Positions 50,092 through 61,040 of a stretch of 64,000 nucleotides of DNA are shown here, piece by piece. The stretch is from Epiperipatus broadwayi (Eukaryota; Animalia; Onychophora). The position numbers were made by a program, and so were the translations under genes. The notes under the pieces are model-generated. The model did no database searches. It had not been told where the DNA came from and saw only the letters and a list, made by a program, of their open reading frames with translations. Numbering within the stretch: the stretch's first letter is position 1; each line of letters begins with the position of its first letter. The stretch is from NCBI GenBank assembly GCA_028023455.1, contig JAQFVV010000009.1, positions 7,688,001 through 7,752,000 on the forward strand. The letters are read 5' to 3'.

Positions 50092-50739
50092 AAGAGAAAT
50101 TGTCTTTTCAATGCCCATTTATATACTCTCACAATATAACACCCCTCTACAGTCCTCAGTCATAATTCTTTAGTCAGTTTAATCTTTTTTTTAAACCATA
50201 AAAAATATTTTTTTTTTCAAATTGCTAATAAATTCTGTCTCTTAAACAATATAACCAAACTATAAAAAACAATGTAAGTTAAATTAAAAAATAATAAATC
50301 CAAAGAATTCTATATCATTTTTTGGTTATCTAAAATATTTTAAAAACAAAAGAAAATAAAATCAAGTACATTCTTCTTCCTTATTTTTAAACAATGTAAA
50401 CTAATTAAATGATTATTTTTAATTATAAGTAAAATTTTGTGATACTTTTTTTTCTTTACTTAAAAAAAATTATAAGACAGCTATATTTTTTGTAAGATAT
50501 ATATATGGAATTACATTATTTTATATTTAAAACAATAAATATAATTACTGTATTTTTATACGAAATATTAATTTAATCATTTAAAAATTTATAGTGACAA
50601 AAATGTAAAACAAATCATTTTTACAATTGGTTATTGTCATTATGTTAATTTATACTTTTCATTTGCTTTATTTTTAATTAGTTATTTACTATGGTTTTGT
50701 AATATCGAACAATATCTTATTGACCCCTTGTTTGATACT

Positions 50740-53700
50740 ATTATAATACATTATACAATTTTATACATACTATCGCATAATTTTTCATTCATTTTTAATT
50801 GACCAGTTAACTAAATTTATTGAAGTTTTATAAATATTCATACAATTATTTAAGTTGTGCTAAATGTAATATGTTTCATATATTTGACTTTTTTTTGAAT
50901 TGTTAATGTAATTTAAAGGTTTAATATTTTTGCAGCATCTATATTATGTCCATATGTTAAGTAATGAATTTATAAAGCAGATTTATCATCTCACCTATTA
51001 ATTACATTGCTATGTTCATTGGCTTTTATCTTTAACTGTTTCCCAGTATGACCATATTAAATCATATTACAAAGGTCACACTTAATTTTATATACAATTT
51101 CTTTTTGTATTTTATATATTTTTTTAATTTATTCAAATTTTTACTATTTGACCATCTAATATTTATATGCCTATTAGTATAATTTTTTTTATAAATATAT
51201 TATAAATTTTGGGATAATATGAATGTTTAATCTATTTCTTATTTAAACTATTGTTACTATCATCATTATAATCATTTTACCTAGAAATGTTATTATTTAA
51301 TATAGATTTCTTAAAATTCAAAAGTATATTTTTAATAGTTTTAGAGTTATATTCATAATCTTTTTGTAGTGGTTTACAAAAGAATCAATTTATTAGATTA
51401 TATAAAGATTCTGGATATAACCCTAAAACTATTAAAAATATATTTTTTAATTCTAAGAAATCTTTATTAAATACTAACATTTCTAGGCAAAATGATTATA
51501 ATGATAATAGTAACAATAGTTTAAATCATAAATAGATCAAACTTTCCTATTATCCGAAAATTTGTAATACATTAATAAAAAGCAAAAATTATATTGATAG
51601 GCTTCTAAATATTGGATGATTAAATAATAAGTCTTGATAAATTAATAGGTAATTATAAATTAAGAGATAATATAAAATACAAAAAAGGAATTGTATATAA
51701 AATTAACACTGATCTTTGCAATATGATTTATTATGATCATAAAAAAAACAATTAGAGGTAAGAGGCAAAGAACATAACATGGTAATTAGTAGGTGAGATA
51801 ATAAATCTGCTTTATATATTCATTACTTAATATATCGATATAAAATAGATGCTACAAACATATTAAATCTTTAAATTACATTAAAAATTTAAAAAGACAA
51901 ATAAATATATTGTAACGAGCACAGACGTTCGTTACATTGTTTTTTTTTTTATATTTAAACATGAAAGTAAATTAAAAAGTTCGCATTTAAAAATTTTCTT
52001 TAAGAATTAAAAATTGAAATTAAATATCATCTTAAACTCATATATATTAAATCGCACTGATAAAAAAAAAAATTATTAAAATAAAACTGTATTAAAAATA
52101 GAAAAGGTATTTTAAAAACAAAAACTTAAAAAGATTTAGAGATAAAAATATATCTTTGATTTGGAAAACAGGTTAATTAATCAGAAATGGAAATGATTGT
52201 TAATTAGTTAAATGTAAACCAGCCTTGGGCATTTAAATGTAAAAACACCGGTCAGATAGGAAAAACAATAGAAACTTTTAGCAAATGAAATAAATCCATT
52301 GGGAAATCGGACCTCAACGAAAAGGATCATCACATCGATGACGTAATGTTAAGTCAATCTTTCAAAGTAATATAAAAGGACAAGTTTGGAAATTATTAGG
52401 GAGTTATTTTGATTATTATGATGTGACAGATAGATGTTAGTGCGGAGGTGCGGGAGAAGAGATTGAAGGACGCACGTTCAATCCCTTCAGTTGTTATAAA
52501 ATGGAAAAATGAAACATCGCTTTTCTTATATTCAGAGGACCACAGGATCATCGGGAAATTTAACGCTGGATTTCAAACGGCAAGCAATTGTAAAAGATGA
52601 ACATTTCTAAAACCGTAAGAACTTTCTAAGATAGATATAACGAACAATATTAATTTGAAAACACTAAGAACTTTAAATTTTAAACTTTCCTAGTATTTAA
52701 TTGTTACAAATAGAATCCTATCTGACCAAACTAAATTCTTTATTAATAGTGTTATTTGATGTATTTTTTTTTCCTTATTTATGTAAAATCATTTCCATTT
52801 ATTTATTTTTTATTCTTTTAAGTTTTTATCATGATTTTTTTTTTTTGTTTTTCGTTAAATTAATTATATAAATGTTAAACTTAAGTCGGGCGTGAATGGC
52901 TGTATAGATTTGTAAAGTTATATTAGGGGAGGGTAATCTTAGGTTATTTGTTTCGTGGTTAAATTGGGTCAATGGATTGGATATATTGGTGTGATTAGTA
53001 GATGTAATATTGATTCGCTACGGGCAGAATCGCTTCATACGCCGCACACTTCCGTTTGCCTATGGAAGGAATTATAAGTCGGATACCGCAGTTCTTTTCT
53101 ATGGAGTTTTTTTGTTTTATTGCTCTTCTTTGCAGATAGATGTAATATTCCTATCTCATAAGAGGCAATTTCTTCTCTTAACCTTTTGTGCTGCTGTATT
53201 TTATTACATTGAATACATCGATATATCAGATGAATTGATGCCAGTTTGACTACAAATTTTAGCCTAAGGTTAAATAGGGATAGAATGTTTATTTTCAAAA
53301 GCAAATTTATGTGGTCTATTCATACTTGACCCTAAATAAAAATGCAGTAAATTTAAGTTGTTTATAGACGCTTGCATGGATTGGTTATCGGTTAAGTATG
53401 TTTTGGGTTTTCATATTTGATCAAAATATATAGACATTCGATAAATAATGATACCTTACGGTGAGTATCTAAAATGTATTTATTCGGATGTCTTTTAAGT
53501 TATTGGTGACAATGCAAATATCTTATGGTGAATACTATTGGGTTACGTATAAATTTCCCTCCGCAATTGTCAGTAGTCAATAATTTTGTATTTTGATCGT
53601 TTATGTTTCTTTTGAAATGTTTTTAACCGTGTAATCTATGTAACCGATCTATAGCAACATCTTAAAACAAGCTTTTATAATCCCATCTGTGCGAACTTAA

Positions 53701-54514
53701 TTAAAATGTAAAATTAGAATATAATAGTAATTAAATGTAAATTAAAGTCAAAAATCAAAGTTAAAAATAATGTTAAATGTTAAAATGTAAAACTAATACT
53801 AAAATAATTTTAAATCTTATATATATGTGCATAAATAAATAATTGTATGTTAATTACTGGCAGTGGCTTATTTTATTTATTTTTTAATATTGAAATATAA
53901 TTAGATAAGATATTATATTATTTAATCTCTGCTATTCCACTGAGCTAGTGACATGGGCTAACGACCGGAATCAAAATAAAAAAAAAATTTTTTTTTTTTT
54001 TTACTTACATATCTGCCTACTTTATAAATTTTTCTAGGTTCAAATGCCTAGATGGCGCCCTGTAGTGCAGACTACGTTAAGTCGCTTTCTCCGGATTGTT
54101 ACAATATGAAACATATTACATTAAGCATTACTTACATAAAAAACTTTAATAAATTTAGTTAACAACTCATCAATTAAAAATGAAATGAAAAATTATATAA
54201 AATAGTATGCATAAAGTTATATAAAGTATTTATTATTTATTTTGTATATTGTTATGTTATACAGTCAATTTTTTGAAGTTATATTGGATCTTTGTATATT
54301 ATGAAAATTTTATTCTATATTATTGATGTTTTATTTTGTTATTGTTATTTTACTTTCACGAACACTAGATAATGTTCTATTTGGAATAATTGATTAACAT
54401 TAAAGTAGATGAGTTAGCATTTAAAAAAGGGCTTGAAATCAAGTGCCAAAAGGCTTTTTATGTGTAATTATTATTAATATACATATATTAATAATGCTGT
54501 TGTATATAATTTTT
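50740..54514 (+). mobile_element. Penelope family A in inverted configuration (minus arm about 50740-51365; plus arm 51366-51910 and 54104-54514), split by an LTR
   Basis: The arms are reverse-complement homologues and match 18400-18830 (ttagaggtaagag.caaagaacataaca). The sequence before 51911 and after 54103 is contiguous in the 18.7-kb copy. Confidence 0.8.
51911..54103. mobile_element. 2.19-kb solo LTR-like insertion (probably Gypsy-type)
   Basis: Starts tgtaac, ends gttaca; 4-bp TSD atat at 51907-51910 and 54104-54107; cleanly interrupts Penelope A; CpG-retaining; no convincing ORF. Confidence 0.8.
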
Positions 54515-54674
54515 AAAACAGGAAAAACTCTCCATACAGTAATGCCACTCAGTGCAAGCTAGAGTAATCAATGGATACCAGAAGGCTTGTGGCACTACTG
54601 TATGGAGAGTTTTGCCTGTTTTAATAACAGTTATGAGCAAGCATAAAAAATGATGATCATGTGATGTTTAGTGT
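54515..54674 (+). mobile_element. Short copy of the family H1 element (inverted arm + direct arm + 52-nt tail; hammerhead not included)
   Basis: 12-bp TSD tatataattttt at 54503-54514 and 54675-54686; same inversion start (aaacag) and same 3' end (gatcatgtgatgtttagtg) as 1723-2530; gtg microhomology at the inversion junction (54589-54591). Confidence 0.85.
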
Positions 54675-55514
54675 TATATAATTTTTATTATTCATTGTAC
54701 TTTATATGAAAGAATAGCATAATGGATTTCATTAATTTCCATTTCTGATGACTAAGTTCACAACATTTGTCATGTGAAAAATAAGTATTTCTTATTTAAT
54801 AGATATAACTAGATTTTTTAATTTCTCTGATTGTACTACTAATAAAGCATTCTATATTATATTGTTGTGCAGTCATCACAAAACTCATTTTAGAGTAGTT
54901 TTTTCTCTCTTTCTCCTCGTTTTCTGGGGGTGGTGGTGGTTAATATTATTTATCATATTCTCATTGTATAGTGAAAAATATTACTCGAAACATAAGTTCT
55001 CCTAAAGAATCACGTGTTTGGTTCATCTACTGACAGTCTGCATTTATCCATGATGATTTAAATGATTTATAAGTTCAAGATATCCAGTTTTTATTTAATG
55101 TTAGTATCTGGAATTTCTGTTCACTTTTATTATTTGTTGCAAAACTTCTACACTTTATATTTTCATTGTTCATGAGAGTTTATGTTTTAACATAATGCTT
55201 CTTTTTATGATTACATTTTTACACCACATGATTTCTGGTAGGGACTGTTTTCATATTGTTTAGAAACACACTTAAAAATAACATTTAGTCAAGTAGGAAT
55301 TGGAATTACACATTGAAAATTTTTCTATTCCTATTCACATAAATAATATTACTTTAAAAAGTTAAATTTTTTTTGTTATTAAAATCTTCTTTGTCTTATT
55401 TTTTTACATTTTAAATAAATATATGTCATTAATATTTTTGTTGTGCTTTGTTGTTAGAAGAAGGAATCTGACCGATTATTTTCAATAGGAAGTTGTTTTT
55501 TTTTACTGTTTAAG

Positions 55515-55596
55515 GTATGACATAACTGGGCACCCACATAAAGCCAATCTACCTCTTATAATATTCCTTGTCTTCTACTGCTCATGTGTGAGTCTA
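55515..55596 (+). CDS. ACER3: Alkaline ceramidase 3-like gene, next exon (L-YDITGHPHKANLPLIIFLVFYCSCVSL), 82 nt, phase 2/0
   Basis: taag acceptor and gtaagt donor; the phase complements the 22435-22487 exon. It encodes a 27-aa loop + transmembrane segment of the same length as recalled human FECFKIKNSVNYHLLFTLVLFSLIVTT. Confidence 0.8.
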
Positions 55597-56410
55597 GTAA
55601 GTGGTTTTTATTAAAAAATATATATTTTTAAAATTAGATTTAGTTACCATTCTTATTAGTTAAGTATTTTCATCTTCATAATTTTTTAATTTGTAAATTC
55701 TGTGTATCTTGTATTGTTGCTATTCTTACATTCTTTTTAGGTTTATTGTGATATTAAAATTATTTGTTTGTCCACTGATATAAATATCTATTTCCATACA
55801 AGATATATGCAACATAGGGAGGAAGATGGTTTAGAAAAATATCAGTGTTTGGAACCCTATTTATTTCTAAAGAAAAATTTCTAAGTATCTCTGTTTAATG
55901 AGAGAGTACTTATTTCTAGTCTATTTATTAATAGTAATGAATATTTTCCATCGCATTTGTTTCATTAGCCTTTTCATTTAATAAAAAAAAAATGATGAAA
56001 AGTATATAGGAGGAGGGGGGGATACCGCAAAAATGAGAAGGAATTTTAAAAAGATGAAGAAATTAAAATTAATACTATTGATGAAAATGTGACAAAAATC
56101 TAAAAAAAAGCTTCTAAAGCGAATAGAACATTATTCATTATTAAAAGGAAAAAAAAAAGTGTGTCAATCAAACTTATTAAATATAACAGATTAAAAAAGT
56201 TCTCCCTGGATAAATAAAGGGGACATAAAAAATGTACATCTCGTTTTAGATGCTTACCTACTAACGAAGCATTAAATTAATTAATTTTTAGCATTTAATT
56301 AATTATCTATGTCAGAGTTTTATTTAATATACACTAGTTTAACAACATAGTGAATGAAGTTATTAGATATTAATTTGAGTGTTTTAAAAATCAAATTGTT
56401 AAATTCATTG

Positions 56411-56496
56411 GTCAAGCGTTGTTAGCCGAAAGGTCATCGCAGCCGTCCTGCAAACAAGTAGTTGGTTGCCGGCCGGTGCTATGACATAGGAGAAAA
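56411..56496 (+). mobile_element. tRNA-derived SINE, variant subfamily, copy 5 (T-arm missing)
   Basis: gtcaagcgttgttagccgaaaggtcatcgcagcc...ggtgctatgac, then an A-rich tail; 17-bp TSD aaattgttaaattcatt at 56393-56409 and 56497-56513. Confidence 0.8.
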
Positions 56497-56611
56497 AAAT
56501 TGTTAAATTCATTTGAAAATAAACTTGCATTTTTAAATTTTATTACGGTATTAAGTGGTGATTATTTAACAACAATAACAACAATAAATAGTATTGAATG
56601 GTTTTTTCCTT

Positions 56612-56774
56612 GGGAGGTCATGTGATGCTCGTTCACAGGAAGCATCGGAATTAAGCTTTGATCCAGGGATTTTTAACTCCTGAAGCAATGATTCTACAAC
56701 TGCTCAGATTAAATGAACGAAACTGTTAAATGCTCAATCTGCCATTAGGATACTCGAACATCAGGTGATCTTCC
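56612..56774. mobile_element. Small MITE with imperfect TIRs of about 20 bp
   Basis: gggaggtcatgtgatgctcg versus the reverse complement ggaagatcacctgatgttcg (15/20); second partial copy at 15268-15380. Confidence 0.6.
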
Positions 56775-56899
56775 AAACAATTTTGAATGCAAATTTTTAT
56801 GTATTACTTCTACATTAATGCTTATATAATATTCCTGCCTATATAAACAGTTATTTCATTTATATTGAAAAAAAATTGATTTAAAGATTTATTAATATG

Positions 56900-58176
56900 T
56901 AATTTACACAAGTGAAAATCACATTGGTGCAGTTGTTAATATTAGTAGATTAAGATTGGATAAGTTTTTCTTCGAATGTCTGAAGATTTTACAAGCAAGT
57001 ATACTTCTTATAGTCAACTGTTCTTACAATTCAATGTTGCTTAGTAAATGGGCATTTCACTATTTTTAACTGGGAAAAAATAAATCCCAAGATTATCTAA
57101 GTCAGTTTATTGAATATGATTGTGCTCAAAATCACATAAACAAGACTGGAATATGAATCCACACTTCACAGTTGATGCAGTCTCTGATGTCATGAATAAA
57201 TTGATTTTTTACATCAAATGTAAAAAAATAAATTTGCAATATTATTCAAAACCATTAGTAAAACTCATATTAGTTCAACTTTTTATAATCAAAAATTTTC
57301 AAAATCTATTATATCAGTTTGAAATAAAGCTATATGTATATTATTTGTTATGAAATTATATGGATCTTTTGTTTAATATGAAATAAATTAGTCCATAGTT
57401 GAAAGCTTTCCTAAGCTATTTTGTTTCTCAGAATGATCATCCTATCATTGTAACTAAATCAATTGTCTGATTGAATTTTCCAACTAAATGTCCATTATGA
57501 AATAATTAATTGTTTTAAAATTATAGGTTAAAAGCTTATAATACTATACATCATTGCCAAAGCCAATAAATGCATGCAAAGAAAGAGCAGTTAATACATT
57601 AAATAAACCAGAAAATTTTATGCAACAAACTAAAGTTTTAACATTAGTGGCATGATTAAAATATTTTGTAAACAAAGATATTCTTCCCCATACAGATAAA
57701 TTATTTGATCTGATGCACAAAGATAGTTACATATCCTTTTGTATTCATAAAAAAATTAATGTCTGTCTTAGTTTGCCACTTATTGCCCACTAGTTTCTTT
57801 ATTTATTGAAATTGATTTTTATCTATTGTCTTTGATGGAAATGCACAGCATCAAAAGTCAGTTTAACCTGTAATTTTGAAGGAATTAATTATTTCAAAAT
57901 TCTCTGAAAAGTCAATTGGACAATTGTTATTATATTCTAATAAGTTATAATATAAATCAGGGTTACATTAAGACACTTTCTCACCAATACTATTTTTACT
58001 TCTATTTTTGCTTGTACTTTTTTTTATTACTAATTGTTCATAAACAAAACTTATTCAATTGTCTAACAACATTAACATTTCATTGGGTGGGAAGGGGGGT
58101 AAAGCTGTTTCTGGACATCTCACTATTCACTAATACTAATATATATATATATATATATATGCATCTCTTTATAGAT

Positions 58177-58216
<40 letters not shown>

Positions 58217-61040
58217 AATCTATAAAGAGATGCAAGATCACCAATATATATCCCCAAATGCTTATCCAGGACAATTGATCAGTATTTCTAGCTGATTGAA
58301 GTCATATGTTGGGCAAGCCAAATTTGTAACCTTAAAAAGTATTAACAAACAACATCAGTGGGTTTAGAATAAAGGCCATATGCCACAATAAGAAGATATA
58401 CAGAGATAAATAATTATAATAAATATCATTAAAATACAAAGCAATATTATTAATAAATCGAGAGAACTCTCAACTTGCTCTAATATAAATACAAGACTCT
58501 TGTTATTGTAAGCATATGCCATTGAAGTTACATTTAAAATCTTTCTCTTACAACATCTGTTATTAGTACAATCTTTCTTATCAGTATCATAAGTTTCTTT
58601 AAAATATCTTATTGCTATGATCAGATAAAACATTCTGTTTAATTTTATTAAATATAGAAGTATTATCTTAAATCTTTGCCACAAGAGATTCATCTTTTAA
58701 AAATAATTTCTTCATCAGTAAAATTATATTAATAATATGAGATTTAAAACAAATTAGGATATCTCAGGGAAATATAAGCAATTCAATCAGTAAATAAATT
58801 CTCGTTGATTATTCAAATCTATTCCACATAGAATGAAATCCTAGCAAATAAAAACATACACTTACCCCTATATTAATGTCTCATCACAATTACAATAACA
58901 ATAATTATTATTGGTTTTAAATAAAATACAATATGCTCTCTTAACTTTGGAATAAGTTAAATAATAATCCAGAATGACAGTCAGATATCAAGAATGGGTA
59001 AGGAATTTTATAGCCATTCTAAACACCATAGAATAAATCTACCTAAATTTCTTCCAGATATGAGCTAAGTTATCTCTGAATTGAAATTTATCATGGACAA
59101 ATAAATATAGTCTTTCATATTTATGAAAACAGTTTTAGAGTAAATAAGGACAGTGATTTCTTTAATAAATAAACTAAATTTGCTGAAGTGATTTCAAATA
59201 ATAATATGCAATTATAATTATTATTAAGCAGAATATAGATGTAATTCTCATACTTAAATATACTTCTATAAAATGACTCTTAACAGTTTCAATGTTCATG
59301 TACTCTTTGACAAAACACTTAATATAATTTATGATACTTTTATAATTGTTTGGATTTCTGATTAATGAGTGGATGATGTGGATAAATGACTATAAGAAAT
59401 TTCTTAATAAGAAAAACAAATATTTATTTTATAGCAAACAAATACAAATAATAACAAGTCACAAATATATCTTTTAGGTCCACAACCTCAAGGTCTTCTA
59501 TAAACATTGCTTTTTTTCTTTTTATGACTGTGTCAGAAGATAAAGTCACAACTGAGTTCTTGAAAAATAATAAGTTTGGTTAAGCAAAAATAATTTGGTT
59601 GGTCAAAAGAAACTTTCTGTTAATCTAGATTCTAATAAGTTCTCACATATTAAATCATTCATACAATGATAATATCCATTTCAGGAATAGTGTCCCTTTA
59701 ATGAATATTTAACCTTACATAAAAATACAAGCTTACCAATTAAGTGATGAAGGAGTGATAAGATATATATATATATATTGTCTATTTATGCCTAAAATAC
59801 AATTTAAAATTTTAAAGTTAATTATTTATTGTATTTATATCCTAACTCAGCAAAGCTTAAATTCAAGACCTACACATCAACAATAAATGCTCAATAGGTA
59901 AGAGATGGTGTTTGCCAATACTTTGATAAAAACATCTATAATTCCCAGGAAAATTCATGATAAAATATTACACATGCTTTAAAAAATACATTTCAAAACA
60001 CAAATTAAATTACTGAGAAAAGGCAAACATATAATGCCATAACTCAAAATAAGTGCACCTATATTTGAGAGCAATAAGAAAATGATCTAATACCTTGACA
60101 CTAGTCAAGGAATGATGAAAATGCACATCAGGGTTAATAATACTAAATGGGATTGACTTAAAATAGAATGAAGCTACAATCTCCAAAATATACCTGTTAT
60201 TTGAGATAAAATACATAAGCAAGATACTAATGCTACACCTCTTTTGAAATAAACTAGCAAAAAATGATAAGAGAGAGCACATACTACAACCTGTAATGAT
60301 ACTGGCAAAAATAAGTATTCCTAAATAAAGAGATTCTAAAGGTGCAATCTCTAAGCAAAATACTATTACTAACAGATATGAAAGATGATAAATAATAATT
60401 AATGCTAAATATAGCTTGATTAAAACTAGACAATAAATAAGCAATAGAATAAATAATAGAAATATACATCTGCTTATACTGCACTAGCATAATAATATAC
60501 AAAGGAAACACATACTATTTAAAAATATGAAAACATCATACATTGATATTATGAGAACTTTGATCAAAATATTATTACTAAAATAGCATATAAAATTCAT
60601 AAAAATAATATGCATTTAAAATAATAATATTGTAAGCATAATTATACACATAAATAAAATATGAACATTTTACAATTTTAAATAAATAAAATAAAGTCCT
60701 TCCATTTCTTCTATTCTTCTACCATTAACCATTAGATGGGAACAGGAACAATCTATTCAACAATAAAGTTTTGTGGACAGCTAAGATATCTTGCACAAAT
60801 ATTTAATTATCCTTAAATAAAATTTAAAAAAAATTATGCTAGCAAACTATATTATAGATTAATAGCAAATATTTATTAAGATTCAATATAATATTTTTCA
60901 CAATTAATTTAAACATTTCAATTCTAATCCTTCAAAATATTTTTTTAAAGTAATATTTAGTGGGATAAATACTTCTTTCAAATATCCATTTTAAAATTAT
61001 AAGAGTATTTAACAGGAGAAGTATATTTTAAATAATACAC
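56900..61040 (-). pseudogene. Decayed ABCA-subfamily lipid transporter gene, antisense to and probably nested in the ACER3-like gene, with a large internal deletion
   Basis: Colinear remnants on the minus strand: GYLKEVFIPLNITL (~60960, GYxxEGFLxxQ-like), MVEE*KKWKD (~60710, VxEKExxLKE), hydrophobic ORF 60010-60444 (FCLEIAP...SFFASLFQK), FDQPNYF (~59600, PQPWYF), AYCILFKTN (~58925), LIIAIRYFKETYDTDKKDCT...TM (ORF 58364-58693; cf. recalled ABCA3 LGMAVSSFYENYETRRYCT), QLVIKKV...LNVTL (~58000), ETSG (~57790), IM/NGHL (~57495), QTFEE (~56975). Many stops and frameshifts; no Walker A recognisable. Confidence 0.6.
58161..58233. repeat. Perfect 20-bp inverted repeat enclosing a (TA)n tract, preceded by another (TA)n tract
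   Basis: gcatctctttatagattaca (58161-58180) and tgtaatctataaagagatgc (58214-58233). Confidence 0.9.

Larger units (their letters stand above)
22488..55514 (+). other. ACER3: 33,027-bp intron of the ACER3-like gene, filled with transposable elements
   Basis: GT at 22488 and AG at 55513-55514; the split codon ct|g joins the two exons in frame. No intervening ACER3-like exon was recognised by eye. Confidence 0.75.

Noticed and set aside
53010-53304. Protein-coding ORFs inside the 2.2-kb LTR-like element
   Set aside because: Short overlapping ORFs on both strands without recognisable domains; expected from the locally higher GC.
54052-54070. tRNA-Lys primer-binding site (tggcgccc)
   Set aside because: It lies inside the TG...CA element rather than just after an LTR end, and the match stops after 8 nt.
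55919-55954. Next ACER3 exon (reads VYLLIVMNIFHR, resembling VYLKVKEPIFHQ)
   Set aside because: No AG in the required phase before the first codon and no GT donor after it; treated as coincidence.
58364-58693. Retroviral env-like gene downstream of the Gypsy integrase
   Set aside because: The Cys-rich plus transmembrane ORF fits better into the colinear ABCA series on both sides; no fusion-protein motif was seen.
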